A stretch of 64,000 nucleotides of DNA from an uncultured Gammaproteobacteria bacterium (GCA_964422025.1 CAYQYZ010000001.1:277181-341180); one strand, 5' to 3'. Numbered from the stretch's first letter, positions 1 through 9,860 are shown. A program made the numbers and translations. The notes: generated by a model not told the origin, from the letters alone.

Positions 1-1
1 G

Positions 2-1045
2 CGTAAGACCCTCTCAAAGTGGGAATGGCCACTACTATTTTTCCGAGCACCCCTGAGAGCGCTCAGCACTTTTCCAACTCAAAAACTATATTTTGTAGAA
101 GTAGATACTGATCGGCCCGGAGAGGGAGCGTTTTTGGGGGAACTCCTAAAACCTCATACTACGCTGTGGATCTCAAGTTCGCGCACGCATAGTGCGAATT
201 TTGATATATGCGTTGGTCAGGGCTGGTGCACTACGGTAGAGGCCGCTATTGCAAATGAATATGCATTTTTGCCGCAATATACTAAGGAGACTGTCTATTA
301 CAACGGCGACAATCCGCTTATGACTGTTCAAATGCATCGTACTAAAGCCACGGTCCACGCAATCAAAATGGATAATACTTTTACACACACTGTATTTAAA
401 AGTAAAACTGATTTTAAAATTGGCGAGAAAACGTACACATTTAATTATTTGCTTCCCAAAGAGCTTTATTATGGACTGCGCATGACAATTGACGTTGTTA
501 CCTCTCTAGGTTATCCCATCGATCCTACGTTTTCGCGACTTTCTCTTGCCCCAGGGCGCAACACGCTTTTTGAGGGTACAAAAGATACTACAATAATCGA
601 TAGTTCATACAACGCCGATCTTTCATCCATGAAAGCCATTCTATCTCTCTTTATGAGCTATCCGGCGCATAACAAATGGATCATTTTCGGAGGACTTTTG
701 GAACAAGGTAAAAGCGAACAAGAAGAACACGAAAAGCTTGCTCAGCTTATTCCACCGCTTGCACCAAAAAAAGTTATACTTATGGGCGAGAAAGCGAGTA
801 CGTATTTATACCCCAAACTTAAAGTGGCCCTAGATGAGAAAAGTGAGGTTCTAAAATTTCCTACTCAAAAATTAGTTCTGGATTATTTACTAGAAAATAT
901 TAAAGGCGGGGAAACGCTCCTATTTAAGGGGGGGACACTTATGGAAGGGATAATCGAGCACTTACTGGCGAATAAAGACGATATTACAAAATTGTGCCGA
1001 CGCGAACAGGTTTGGAACGAGCGCCGGAAGAATGTGGGATTATGA
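2..1045 (+). CDS. Mur ligase family protein (MurF-like), 5'-truncated by window edge
   Basis: The reading frame is open from nt 2, with no stop before the track start at 134. 'IIDSSYNADLSSMKAIL' resembles the Mur-ligase C-terminal domain motif. A FemAB gene lies nearby. Confidence 0.75.
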   Translation, partial: RKTLSKWEWPLLFFRAPLRALSTFPTQKLYFVEVDTDRPGEGAFLGELLKPHTTLWISSSRTHSANFDICVGQGWCTTVEAAIANEYAFLPQYTKETVYYNGDNPLMTVQMHRTKATVHAIKMDNTFTHTVFKSKTDFKIGEKTYTFNYLLPKELYYGLRMTIDVVTSLGYPIDPTFSRLSLAPGRNTLFEGTKDTTIIDSSYNADLSSMKAILSLFMSYPAHNKWIIFGGLLEQGKSEQEEHEKLAQLIPPLAPKKVILMGEKASTYLYPKLKVALDEKSEVLKFPTQKLVLDYLLENIKGGETLLFKGGTLMEGIIEHLLANKDDITKLCRREQVWNERRKNVGL

Positions 1046-1728
1046 AAACAATATATATTTTACACGGATGGACGTATTCCACGACTAAGTGGAAACCGCT
1101 GCAAACCAAACTTGAGAAAGAGAAAATAAACGCTATTTTACTGCGAATTCCGGGGCTTACCACCACGATCGATCGTGCGTACTCGATTGATGACTACGTT
1201 AATTGGCTCGATATGGAACTTCCCAAAGATGAAAAAGTTGTTATTACCGGGCATTCCAATGGTGGACGTCTTGCCCTACACTTTGCACAAAAATTTCCTG
1301 AACGTGTTGAACATTTATTTTTGATCGATAGTGCGGGGGTATACCATGATGATTTGTATTCAAGAGTTAAACGCGGGTCGTTTCGACTAGCGGCAAAAAT
1401 TGGGAAAAAATTCACAAATTCTGCGATTGCCCGAAAAATTTTATATAAAGCCGCGCGCGAATCGGATTATCAGAATGCAAATCCTATAATGAAACAAACT
1501 ATGAAGAATATGCTCGAAAGCGACAAGACGCTTTCGCTAGGAGCTGTACGCGTGCCCACAACTATTATGTGGGGCGAAAAAGATGCCGTAACGCCACTTG
1601 TAGACGGGTTGATTATGCACGCACGGATTAAAAATTCGAAAATGTACACAGTAAGCGAAGCGATGCACAGTCCGCAGTTCACACATCCTGAAAAAATTGC
1701 CGCCATTATTGCCGACGTAGTTACGTGA
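1042..1728 (+). CDS. alpha/beta-fold hydrolase
   Basis: Has the G-x-S-x-G nucleophile elbow 'GHSNGG' and the N-terminus 'MKTIYILHGW'. Start moved to ATG 1042, which overlaps the upstream TGA as ATGA. Confidence 0.8.
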   Translation: MKTIYILHGWTYSTTKWKPLQTKLEKEKINAILLRIPGLTTTIDRAYSIDDYVNWLDMELPKDEKVVITGHSNGGRLALHFAQKFPERVEHLFLIDSAGVYHDDLYSRVKRGSFRLAAKIGKKFTNSAIARKILYKAARESDYQNANPIMKQTMKNMLESDKTLSLGAVRVPTTIMWGEKDAVTPLVDGLIMHARIKNSKMYTVSEAMHSPQFTHPEKIAAIIADVVT

Positions 1729-1729
1729 T

Positions 1730-2947
1730 ATGAATATTTTTAATTCACTCGGATCTAATTATTCCAAATCGTTTGTAAAAAAGGCGCTATTTGCCAAAAA
1801 TAATGTAGCACATATTGATAAATTGATTGGGTTTTTGGGGCAAACATACGATGGGGAAGTGCATGTAACACATAAGGGCCGCGACGCACTTACGCTTGCT
1901 CTTCAAGCTGCACATATACCGCCACAAGCAAAGGTAGTAATTAATGGATTTACGTGTATTGCAGTGCACAATGCAGTAGTTAAAGCCGGGTGCATTCCTG
2001 TAGTTCTCGATATTGACCCGGCAACATTGCATTTTGAACCTGAAACACTTAAAAAAGTGCTTGAAAAGGATGAAGCTATTAAAGCCGTAATTGTGCAAAA
2101 TACGCTTTCGTACCCGTGTAACATTTCTACATTAAACGACGTCTGTAAAAAATATAATTGCATTCTTATCGAAGACGGCGCTCATTGTGTGGGAACTAAT
2201 TACGACAATGGCAAACCAGTGGGAACCGTGGGGGATTTGGTCGCATTATCATTTTCTCAAGATAAAATTATCGATGGCATTTCAGGAGGAGCGCTTATTA
2301 TTCGAAATAAATCATTTCAGCGATTTTCCCCAGGAAGTGCCACTACACGAAGCCAAATATTGGAGCTAAAAGACCGCCTATATCCGCTCCTCACAACCCT
2401 TATTCGCCGTACATATCCATATTTTGTAGGTCGCCTGCTTCATTTTTTCTTAAAAATACTCAACGTACTTCCTAAGCCCGTGGCAGTTGGAGACAAGAAT
2501 TATGCACTTTCTCCTTTTTGTGCACAGTTAATACTTCATGCGTATGAGAGGAGTGCGAGCAACATTTCCCATCGACAGCATATTGCGCAAATATATCATC
2601 AATATATTGACCCGTCAGTCCAATCGGGCTTTATCGGGAAGCATATATTAACGAGCGCTAATTTGCGATTTCCAATTTTTGTACAAAATAGAGGTAAACT
2701 CATCTCTCACCTCGCCGCGCGGGGAGTGTATATAGGCGATATTTGGTACGACGCTCCAATCGCTCCCGCTTCAAACATACAATATGATATCGTGGGAGAG
2801 AACGGAGAGATAATTGAAAAAAGTGCTTCCAACGCTCAAAAAATTGCCGACACAATTATCAATTTACCCACACATGAGCATGTTACCAGCGCGCACGCAA
2901 TGGAAATAAGTGAGATAATAAATCAATGGTTGAAACAAAACAAATAA
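1730..2947 (+). CDS. DegT/DnrJ/EryC1/StrS-family PLP-dependent aminotransferase
   Basis: 'SFSQDKIIDGISGGALI' is a PLP-lysine block, and 'IEDGAHCVG' is typical of the fold-type I sugar aminotransferase family. Confidence 0.8.
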   Translation: MNIFNSLGSNYSKSFVKKALFAKNNVAHIDKLIGFLGQTYDGEVHVTHKGRDALTLALQAAHIPPQAKVVINGFTCIAVHNAVVKAGCIPVVLDIDPATLHFEPETLKKVLEKDEAIKAVIVQNTLSYPCNISTLNDVCKKYNCILIEDGAHCVGTNYDNGKPVGTVGDLVALSFSQDKIIDGISGGALIIRNKSFQRFSPGSATTRSQILELKDRLYPLLTTLIRRTYPYFVGRLLHFFLKILNVLPKPVAVGDKNYALSPFCAQLILHAYERSASNISHRQHIAQIYHQYIDPSVQSGFIGKHILTSANLRFPIFVQNRGKLISHLAARGVYIGDIWYDAPIAPASNIQYDIVGENGEIIEKSASNAQKIADTIINLPTHEHVTSAHAMEISEIINQWLKQNK

Positions 2948-3945
2948 TTGAAAAAGGAGAGTGGGATGCTTTTTTGCAAACTCATGATGAGGCGAATTTT
3001 CTGCAATCATGGGAATGGGGACAATTTCATGAAAGACTTGGAAATCCGATTGAAAGAATAGGCTTTTATGAAAACAACATATTCGTTGGAGTAATGCTGT
3101 TGGTTGTCGAACCTGCTCGTCGGGGTCGTTACATAACAGTTCCTGGTGGTCCAATTATTGATTGGGAAAATACGGAGGTTCTAAAAGCGGTTAAACAAAC
3201 ACTTATTCAAATTGGAAACAAACATCAGTGTGTATTTGTGCGGGCTCGACCTCAGATGCTCAACACAGAGCGTTCGAGAGCGATTTTTAAAGGATTGGGT
3301 TTTGTCCGAGCGCCAATTCATTTGCATGCACAATTAACGCTCCAACTGGATCTGAATAAGAGCGAAGATGAGCTGATGATGGATATGCGCAAGAATACTC
3401 GATACGAGCTCAAAAAAGCACTCTCGGGGAATCTGCGTGTTGAACATACAAATAATCCTGATTCGATTCGACCATTTTATGAGCTTCAACTTGAACTGGC
3501 AAAACGTCAAAAATTTGTACCATTTTCATTTCCGTATCTATCCGAGCAATTTTCGGTATTCGCTACAAATAATATGGCCTATTTATACAGCGCGTATCAT
3601 GAAAATACACTCCTTGCCCAAGCCTTCATTATCTTCTATGGAAACGAGGCAGTGTATCACTATGGCGTAAGTACTCCGGAAGGCCGGGAGTACCCAGGCG
3701 CATATTTACTGCAATGGGAAGCGATTCGAGAAGCCAAGCGACGGGGAATAAAGCGCTATAATTTCTGGGGAATCGCCCACGAGCACGAAAAAAAGCACCG
3801 TTTTTATGGATTGTCTATATTTAAAAGGGGATTCGGTGGGGAAGAAGTAGAATATTTACCAGCGCATGATTTAGTGCTCAATAAGCCTCGATATTTGCTT
3901 ACTATGATTGTGGAACATGCACGGAAGAAAATGAGAGGAGTTTAA
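2926..3945 (+). CDS. FemAB-family peptidoglycan interpeptide-bridge aminoacyltransferase
   Basis: Blocks 'FLQSWEWGQF', 'AVYHYGVST' and 'YNFWGI' are typical of FemA/FemB/FemX-type proteins. Confidence 0.8.
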   Translation: MVETKQIIEKGEWDAFLQTHDEANFLQSWEWGQFHERLGNPIERIGFYENNIFVGVMLLVVEPARRGRYITVPGGPIIDWENTEVLKAVKQTLIQIGNKHQCVFVRARPQMLNTERSRAIFKGLGFVRAPIHLHAQLTLQLDLNKSEDELMMDMRKNTRYELKKALSGNLRVEHTNNPDSIRPFYELQLELAKRQKFVPFSFPYLSEQFSVFATNNMAYLYSAYHENTLLAQAFIIFYGNEAVYHYGVSTPEGREYPGAYLLQWEAIREAKRRGIKRYNFWGIAHEHEKKHRFYGLSIFKRGFGGEEVEYLPAHDLVLNKPRYLLTMIVEHARKKMRGV

Positions 3946-3949
3946 AATA

Positions 3950-4198
3950 TTATGTATCACGCGAAGTATCATACACAGTCCCTCCGTTAACAATCTCATC
4001 TAAGTGACGTCCTACATTTCTTACAGCTTTCTCGCCAATTTGATCACCGTATATACCATCCACCCCTCCTCTATGTGCAGGCATAACAACTTTGCCTTTT
4101 CCTGCATGGAAAACACGCTGAGGACCATCAAGTTCTTGATCTTCATGAGCAGGACGCCAAACATCCCCGGTACATCCGCTACCACCACCTTCTATCAT
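3950..4198 (-). CDS. small hypothetical protein (82 aa), apparently leaderless
   Basis: It is the only long ORF filling the 316-bp gap. On its own strand it is preceded by TTGACA-17nt-TATATT-6nt-ATG. I recognise no family. Confidence 0.55.
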   Translation of the reverse strand: MIEGGGSGCTGDVWRPAHEDQELDGPQRVFHAGKGKVVMPAHRGGVDGIYGDQIGEKAVRNVGRHLDEIVNGGTVYDTSRDT

Positions 4199-4204
4199 AA
4201 TTAA

Positions 4205-4255
4205 AATATATTACTACTTTTTCGTATTGTCAATTGATTATTATTTGGCTACAAT
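4205..4255. promoter_or_regulatory. back-to-back divergent promoters sharing the -35 region
   Basis: Plus strand: TTGTCA (4227-4232), 17 nt, TACAAT (4250-4255), 6 nt, ATG of cysS (4262). Minus strand: TTGACA (4233-4228), 17 nt, TATATT (4210-4205), 6 nt, ATG (4198). Confidence 0.55.
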
Positions 4256-4261
4256 ACCCAT

Positions 4262-5665
4262 ATGAAGCTCTACAACACATTCTCGCGTCAAATTGAGGAA
4301 TTAAAACCCTTTAACGCTCCTTCTGTTACGTTTTATAGCTGCGGGCCAACCGTATACGACTTCACTCATTTAGGGCATTTGCGAAAATTTACCAATGACG
4401 ATCTGCTCAAACGCACGCTTACGATGCTGGGATACAAAGTAAATCATGTTATGAATATTACCGACGTTGGTCATTTAACCGGCGATACCGATGATGGCGA
4501 AGACAAGCTTGAAAAAGGCGCTAAAAAAACGGGCAAAGATGTATGGGAAGTTGCGAAATTTTACACGAAACAATTCGTGGATTCTCTAAATACGCTTAAC
4601 ATTCTCCCTCCTACAACCATGCCCAAGGCTACGGATCACATTCAGGAAATGATTGCCCTCATTAAATCGCTCAGCGAAAAAGGATTCACCTACACAACCG
4701 ACGAAGCAATTTATTTTGATACCCAAAAATTTGCCGATTATGGAAAACTTTCAGGCCAAAAATTAGACGAAAAAAAACAAAGCGTTCGAGAAGAAGTACA
4801 TACCGATCCGCAAAAAAAACATCCGGCTGATTTTGCGCTGTGGTTTTTTAGGGTTGGCCGATTCGCTGACCATGTTATGCATTGGGAATCCGAGTTTGGA
4901 GATGGTTTCCCGGGCTGGCATATTGAATGTAGCGCCATGAGCATGAAGTATTTGGGGGAATCGATCGATATTCATAGTGGAGGAGTTGATCATATTCCCG
5001 TGCATCATGAAAATGAAATTGCTCAAAGCGAAGCCGCAACCGGAAAACCATTTGTTCAAATATGGTTTCATAGCGCATTTTTGAATGTTGAAGGGCTAAA
5101 AATGAGTAAATCGTTGGGAAATTTTTATAAGGTTGAGGATCTGATCGAAAAAGGAGTGTCCCCGATAGCGTTGCGATACTTGTATTTACAAACCCACTAC
5201 CGTCAACCCATGAAATTCACGTTTGAAGCGGCTAAAGGAGCTACAAGCGCGTTTCATAATCTGAAGGAGATGGTCTTGGCACTCAAGAATCAAACAGAGA
5301 GAACTACACTCTCAACAGACAAGCTTGATCAGCTTGATGAATATCGACAACAGTTTTTAACCGCCATACAAAATGATCTGCAAATTCCCCAAGCACTGGC
5401 CGTTATGTGGTCGATGTTAAAATCCAACATTCCTTCGGGCGATAAATATGATCTAGCAATAGAGTTCGATGAAATCTTTGGTTTGGGTTTAGCACATGTT
5501 TCGCACGAGGAGATTCCGGAAGAGATTACTGCGTTGGCTCAAAAACGCCTGGAAGCTCGTAAAGCAAAAGATTATGAGACAAGTGATGTGTTGAAAAAAG
5601 AGATTGAAGAGAAAGGGTATGGCGTGGAAGATTCCGCTGACTCATTCGTCTTAAAAAGAACATAG
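4262..5665 (+). CDS. cysS: cysteine--tRNA ligase
   Basis: Class I signatures 'HLGH' (FTHLGHLRKF) and 'KMSKS' (LKMSKSLGN). Length and overall pattern fit CysRS. Confidence 0.95.
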   Translation: MKLYNTFSRQIEELKPFNAPSVTFYSCGPTVYDFTHLGHLRKFTNDDLLKRTLTMLGYKVNHVMNITDVGHLTGDTDDGEDKLEKGAKKTGKDVWEVAKFYTKQFVDSLNTLNILPPTTMPKATDHIQEMIALIKSLSEKGFTYTTDEAIYFDTQKFADYGKLSGQKLDEKKQSVREEVHTDPQKKHPADFALWFFRVGRFADHVMHWESEFGDGFPGWHIECSAMSMKYLGESIDIHSGGVDHIPVHHENEIAQSEAATGKPFVQIWFHSAFLNVEGLKMSKSLGNFYKVEDLIEKGVSPIALRYLYLQTHYRQPMKFTFEAAKGATSAFHNLKEMVLALKNQTERTTLSTDKLDQLDEYRQQFLTAIQNDLQIPQALAVMWSMLKSNIPSGDKYDLAIEFDEIFGLGLAHVSHEEIPEEITALAQKRLEARKAKDYETSDVLKKEIEEKGYGVEDSADSFVLKRT

Positions 5666-5678
5666 TCTTTTAAATTGT

Positions 5679-5706
5679 TGCAAAAAGCTCGCTCTGGGTG
5701 TATACT
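5679..5706 (+). promoter_or_regulatory. putative promoter of leader 1
   Basis: TTGCAA (5679-5684), 16 nt, TATACT (5701-5706). Confidence 0.45.
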
Positions 5707-5742
5707 CAAAAAATTGTGATAAACAATACGTTTCAAATTATT

Positions 5743-5787
5743 ATGGTTCTTCTTATGGTCCGCATATCTGCGGCGGGAAGTGCCTGA
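5743..5787 (+). CDS. putative 14-aa leader peptide MVLLMVRISAAGSA
   Basis: ATG..TGA mini-ORF. Its last codons (GCG GCG GGA) contain the sequence complementary to the 5' arm of the downstream terminator. Confidence 0.4.
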   Translation: MVLLMVRISAAGSA

Positions 5788-5812
5788 TTTGAGATAAATT
5801 TAAATCAAAGCC

Positions 5813-5834
5813 CCGCCGAAAGGCGGTTTTTTTT
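5813..5834 (+). terminator. intrinsic-terminator-like hairpin (CCGCC-GAAA-GGCGG) plus T8, abutting ATG 5835
   Basis: 5-bp all-GC stem (5813-5817 with 5822-5826), GNRA loop GAAA, and eight T (5827-5834) followed directly by the start codon. Confidence 0.6.
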
Positions 5835-8354
5835 ATGGCAATTTTAGAAACACAACCACATGGTCCAGATGGAACAGTTGGATTATCAAAGCATGGTTAT
5901 CCTGTTGAGACTGGCTTGATAGAAGGTTCTGAAATACCAGCTTATGTTATGGAAGATCTAGAGGATCATTTACATGACGCATTGGTTGATCGAATGACTG
6001 CAAAAGTAATTGACGCAATACTTAAACGTAATGGTATTCCGGCAAATACAGATGGATCAAAAGTTGTGAGAACTGAACAATCCTTAGATATTTATGATCA
6101 GCTCGGGAAAACATCCAATCCTGCTCAAGGCGAATATGCAGCAGACTTAACAAGTACGATTAAAAGAACTATTAAAGACAAAACTAAATTTATGACTTCA
6201 GATGAAAGAATGAGAGCGGCTATGGTTCTGCCACCGCTGGTAGGTGCACTCATTCTTGACGAAGAACATGTTGATAAAGCATACGACAAAACATTACCCA
6301 ACACAGTAGGTATTGCTTTAGATTGGATTATTAATCCAAGCATTATTGACCAAACACATATACGGGTGGGTTTCGGTGGAGAAGAAGTTACAAATAGCCG
6401 AGCTCCGGCATATATTGTTCCAGCTCTCGAAACCCAGCTTCGAGTCCGTGATATATTTACTCGTTATGGCAATTGGGCAATTCATCAGGAGATGGTGAAT
6501 CAAATTCAAGCATCGGTTTCTGAAAAAGAAGAACAGCGTGAAAAAATTGCTCAGTTAAATGGGTTTGTCGCCGCTCAGCTTGCAGAATATGAAGGAGAAC
6601 AGAGTACTAGGACAAATGCCGAGCTGATGGAAGAAATATCCAATATATCGGCGAGGCACCAAATTCCAGGACACCTCAAACGCGACATACTTTTGACCAC
6701 TTGGCAAGAGGCATTTGGGGAACCCTTAGATGTAAGTCGACTCGAAAAAAGATATCGTTTTACCGATAAAGTACCAACTCTGGTCGTGTTTAATGCAGCG
6801 CATGCGGCAATTAATGTGGACAGCATGAATGAAGAGCGAGTATTGGACGCTCGCACAAGAACTCAGACTTTACTTCGAGAATTTGTAGCTACATTTCATC
6901 CAGACTTGAGTGATTCTATTACTTTTCAAAATGATAGATCATGGGATCAACACAATGATTTCGCCCTCATGATGGTATTATATTCGAGATACCTTACATC
7001 AAGACACTCAAATATGGGAAGTGTTTGGAACAATTTAGAACAATTTGGTGGACATCATCAACATGAAGGTAAGCAGGTACATGTGATAAACGGTATGTCA
7101 CCTTCAGAAACATACGGCTCGCTACATCCATTCTTCTTCCAAGACCCCCAACAGGCTCATCAACCAGCGGAATTATTACCTGATCCTGGTATTATGGAAG
7201 AGATAAGCGCACCTCGACATGTAATTTTTCATCAGGGGCCGCCAGAAATTCAATTTGGAGCATTACGAAAAGTTTGGGCTGAAGATGCTACTGCAAAAGG
7301 CCTTGCTGATTGGCTTGCAATGCGCCATGATACTGCAGCAAACTTGCGAAGTTATGCTGAAGAAATTATGACTGGATATACAGGAAATAATTCAGTAGAA
7401 TTTGCTGCACACGCTAAAACAATAGCTAGCAAAGCACCGAAAAAGGTTGGCCCACTATTAGTCAGAATGATTAAGGCGATAGAAGATGATGCTGGATATG
7501 CTTCATTATGGGCGCGACAAATTGCTGAGATTGACATTTTTGCATCAGAAAGGGTGCCCGACCTTATTCAAGCAATAAGACAAAGACGAGGAGATATTGG
7601 ATCTCGACATGATGCTATTCGTGTTGCAATGGCACGAAACGATGGAACCGTTTATGGACTTCTTTCTGATCAACTGGGCCAGGCAGCGTTGCAACGCCCT
7701 CGAAAAGCACTTGAACTGACCGTGAGTGTGGGTACAATTCCAGTATATTATCCACTCAAAGAAGTCGATCAAGTCGTTGATGCAAATTCTGAAAACCCAA
7801 CCCTAATACAATATCAGGACTTTTTAGCACAAACAATGGCAAAAACTAAGCGAATTCGTGGAAATATAGAATATGCTAATAAAAATTTACTTTCTACGCT
7901 TCGGCCTTTAAACAACGAGTCTGATCAATCGACAACTCAAGTTCAACTTGATTTGCATGAACAAATCAAGTCATTGTATGCACGGGTTGAAGAAGAGGAA
8001 CAGAGAATTGCAAGTCAAGGTAGAAGAGCAACGCAAGAAGAAGTGGAAGCGAAAGCGGCTTACATGCGAGAACATGTAGAAGTAATTAAGGCTCACGCCA
8101 CCTCTTCATTGCCACGAATTCCCAACTCATCGGCAATTGTAGCTGAAATATTTCATCAAACACATGCGGACATATTACGCGAGCGTGCAGTGGCAGAAAC
8201 TAAGGCTAGGGCCGTATTACAAGATTTTAGACTTTTATTGAAATCGATAGATCCCGATCCAAAAGAAGCTGCCAGAAAATATGGCGAATTATTAGATAGA
8301 ATTAAGCAAGGAATGGCCGCTCATGTGCAAGAACAAGTTGTAGCATATTTATAA
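5835..8354 (+). CDS. large hypothetical protein (839 aa), long paralog of the 11096-12100 product; C-terminal coiled-coil-like region
   Basis: Long ORF with no competing frame. Shares blocks with the 334-aa protein (FVATFHPDL versus YVAQFHPDL, and others). No family recognised. Confidence 0.85.
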   Translation: MAILETQPHGPDGTVGLSKHGYPVETGLIEGSEIPAYVMEDLEDHLHDALVDRMTAKVIDAILKRNGIPANTDGSKVVRTEQSLDIYDQLGKTSNPAQGEYAADLTSTIKRTIKDKTKFMTSDERMRAAMVLPPLVGALILDEEHVDKAYDKTLPNTVGIALDWIINPSIIDQTHIRVGFGGEEVTNSRAPAYIVPALETQLRVRDIFTRYGNWAIHQEMVNQIQASVSEKEEQREKIAQLNGFVAAQLAEYEGEQSTRTNAELMEEISNISARHQIPGHLKRDILLTTWQEAFGEPLDVSRLEKRYRFTDKVPTLVVFNAAHAAINVDSMNEERVLDARTRTQTLLREFVATFHPDLSDSITFQNDRSWDQHNDFALMMVLYSRYLTSRHSNMGSVWNNLEQFGGHHQHEGKQVHVINGMSPSETYGSLHPFFFQDPQQAHQPAELLPDPGIMEEISAPRHVIFHQGPPEIQFGALRKVWAEDATAKGLADWLAMRHDTAANLRSYAEEIMTGYTGNNSVEFAAHAKTIASKAPKKVGPLLVRMIKAIEDDAGYASLWARQIAEIDIFASERVPDLIQAIRQRRGDIGSRHDAIRVAMARNDGTVYGLLSDQLGQAALQRPRKALELTVSVGTIPVYYPLKEVDQVVDANSENPTLIQYQDFLAQTMAKTKRIRGNIEYANKNLLSTLRPLNNESDQSTTQVQLDLHEQIKSLYARVEEEEQRIASQGRRATQEEVEAKAAYMREHVEVIKAHATSSLPRIPNSSAIVAEIFHQTHADILRERAVAETKARAVLQDFRLLLKSIDPDPKEAARKYGELLDRIKQGMAAHVQEQVVAYL

Positions 8355-8358
8355 ACTT

Positions 8359-9858
8359 ATGAATACATACGGTGCAGAAATAGAAAAAGCTATTGCAAAT
8401 AAAAATGATCAATCAGTTCACTTAGTGGGAGATTCCTATTTTGTGCGTTTAGAAAAAGCAGCTACCGCTCGCAAAACTCCTACTACAATGCATGTCAGCG
8501 ACGTTGATCAAAAAACTGTCATTGGAGTTGTGTCAAAAGATCTGGGCGAGCAAGGACTCGATAATGGATTTAATTTGCTTGAAACGGCGATTGACTATCA
8601 ATATTCTTTACCGGATCTTCAGAAAAAAATCGAACTCGATATGAGTACTTCGCAGAATGCATTACATGCTGAAGGTGCATCGATAATTAACTTCTCAATT
8701 CATCCATTAGGCAAAAGAGATATGGAAACGTATAAAAAGACGGTGGCGCCAAAAACCCTATATAAGTACATTTGGAATCGTGGGTTTGATCATTCGGCCG
8801 GAATCGACGCACGAGCCCAGAACAGTCCGGGAACAGGTACTACAGTTGTTCAGTCAGCAGATGCAGTATCTGTCATTATGGGAGCGGGCGCAGCCTTCAT
8901 TGGAATCTTTGCCAATAGCCCATTTGAAGAAGGCAAACTCTCGCCTTACAAAGAGGCTCGATCAACTATGTGGAAACGGATGATGGGCAATAGTCTCTCA
9001 AAAGGAGATTGGACAACTGCACAATTTCCTAAAAATCGCTTCAGAACACTCGCGCAGTATTTCACCTGGATGTTTGGCGAAAATACGCACATGCATTTTG
9101 TGCTTTCTAATGAGGAAAAAGCTGCAAATTATAAATCAAAAGGAAATAAAATAGTTCTTATTCCAAAAAATCCTTCTTTACTTGAATTTCTCTCGAAAAA
9201 AAATTGGGATGGTGTTTATTTGTTGGATGTTTTGCAAAACTCAGCTGCTACATCGACAGAAATTATTACTCCAACTATCCAAGATTTAGAACTTCTCCAG
9301 TGGAGTCAGTTTGCAGGTGCTCGTGTTCGATTCAATTTAAAACCTGATTGCTTTAGCCCCGAAGCATTTGTTGCCGCATGCGCTGATCAAAATGGCACTA
9401 AAGTAGAGCGTTTATTTGAAAATGGAGTCTCAAATATTTACATCGAAGGCCGTGACCCAGGCGCTAACTTTGCTGATGCACAAATACATGATGCAGGAAA
9501 AGATATTGCGGATTCTGTGGTAATTTCGCCTAGTGCATTACAAGCGGGGTTGCTTCAGAATCTAAAAAATTCAATCAAATACATCGATTCTATTCCCTGG
9601 GAAACACTTGGAAATTTGCGAAACGAAGCAATAAAAAATGGCTTGCATGGAGAATCTAATGGAATCAAAGTGTACGATTTTGCTCAAAGAATAGTTGAAC
9701 TTGCTCATGAAGGGCTCAGCCAAGATGATCAAAAATTTCTGGCGTATCCAAATTGGGTCCTACAAACGAAACAAAATGGAGCCGACAGAGCACTTGAATT
9801 ATTTAACAAAAATAAAAGCATTCAAAAAACCATCGCGGCACGGTATACTATAGTATAA
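8359..9858 (+). CDS. GCS2 / glutamate-cysteine-ligase-like carboxylate-amine ligase
   Basis: 'AAFIGIFANSPFEEGKLSPYKEARSTMW' matches the ANSPF..G......R..W core of the GshA/YbdK/EgtA-type ligase family. Confidence 0.75.
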   Translation: MNTYGAEIEKAIANKNDQSVHLVGDSYFVRLEKAATARKTPTTMHVSDVDQKTVIGVVSKDLGEQGLDNGFNLLETAIDYQYSLPDLQKKIELDMSTSQNALHAEGASIINFSIHPLGKRDMETYKKTVAPKTLYKYIWNRGFDHSAGIDARAQNSPGTGTTVVQSADAVSVIMGAGAAFIGIFANSPFEEGKLSPYKEARSTMWKRMMGNSLSKGDWTTAQFPKNRFRTLAQYFTWMFGENTHMHFVLSNEEKAANYKSKGNKIVLIPKNPSLLEFLSKKNWDGVYLLDVLQNSAATSTEIITPTIQDLELLQWSQFAGARVRFNLKPDCFSPEAFVAACADQNGTKVERLFENGVSNIYIEGRDPGANFADAQIHDAGKDIADSVVISPSALQAGLLQNLKNSIKYIDSIPWETLGNLRNEAIKNGLHGESNGIKVYDFAQRIVELAHEGLSQDDQKFLAYPNWVLQTKQNGADRALELFNKNKSIQKTIAARYTIV

Positions 9859-9860
9859 AT

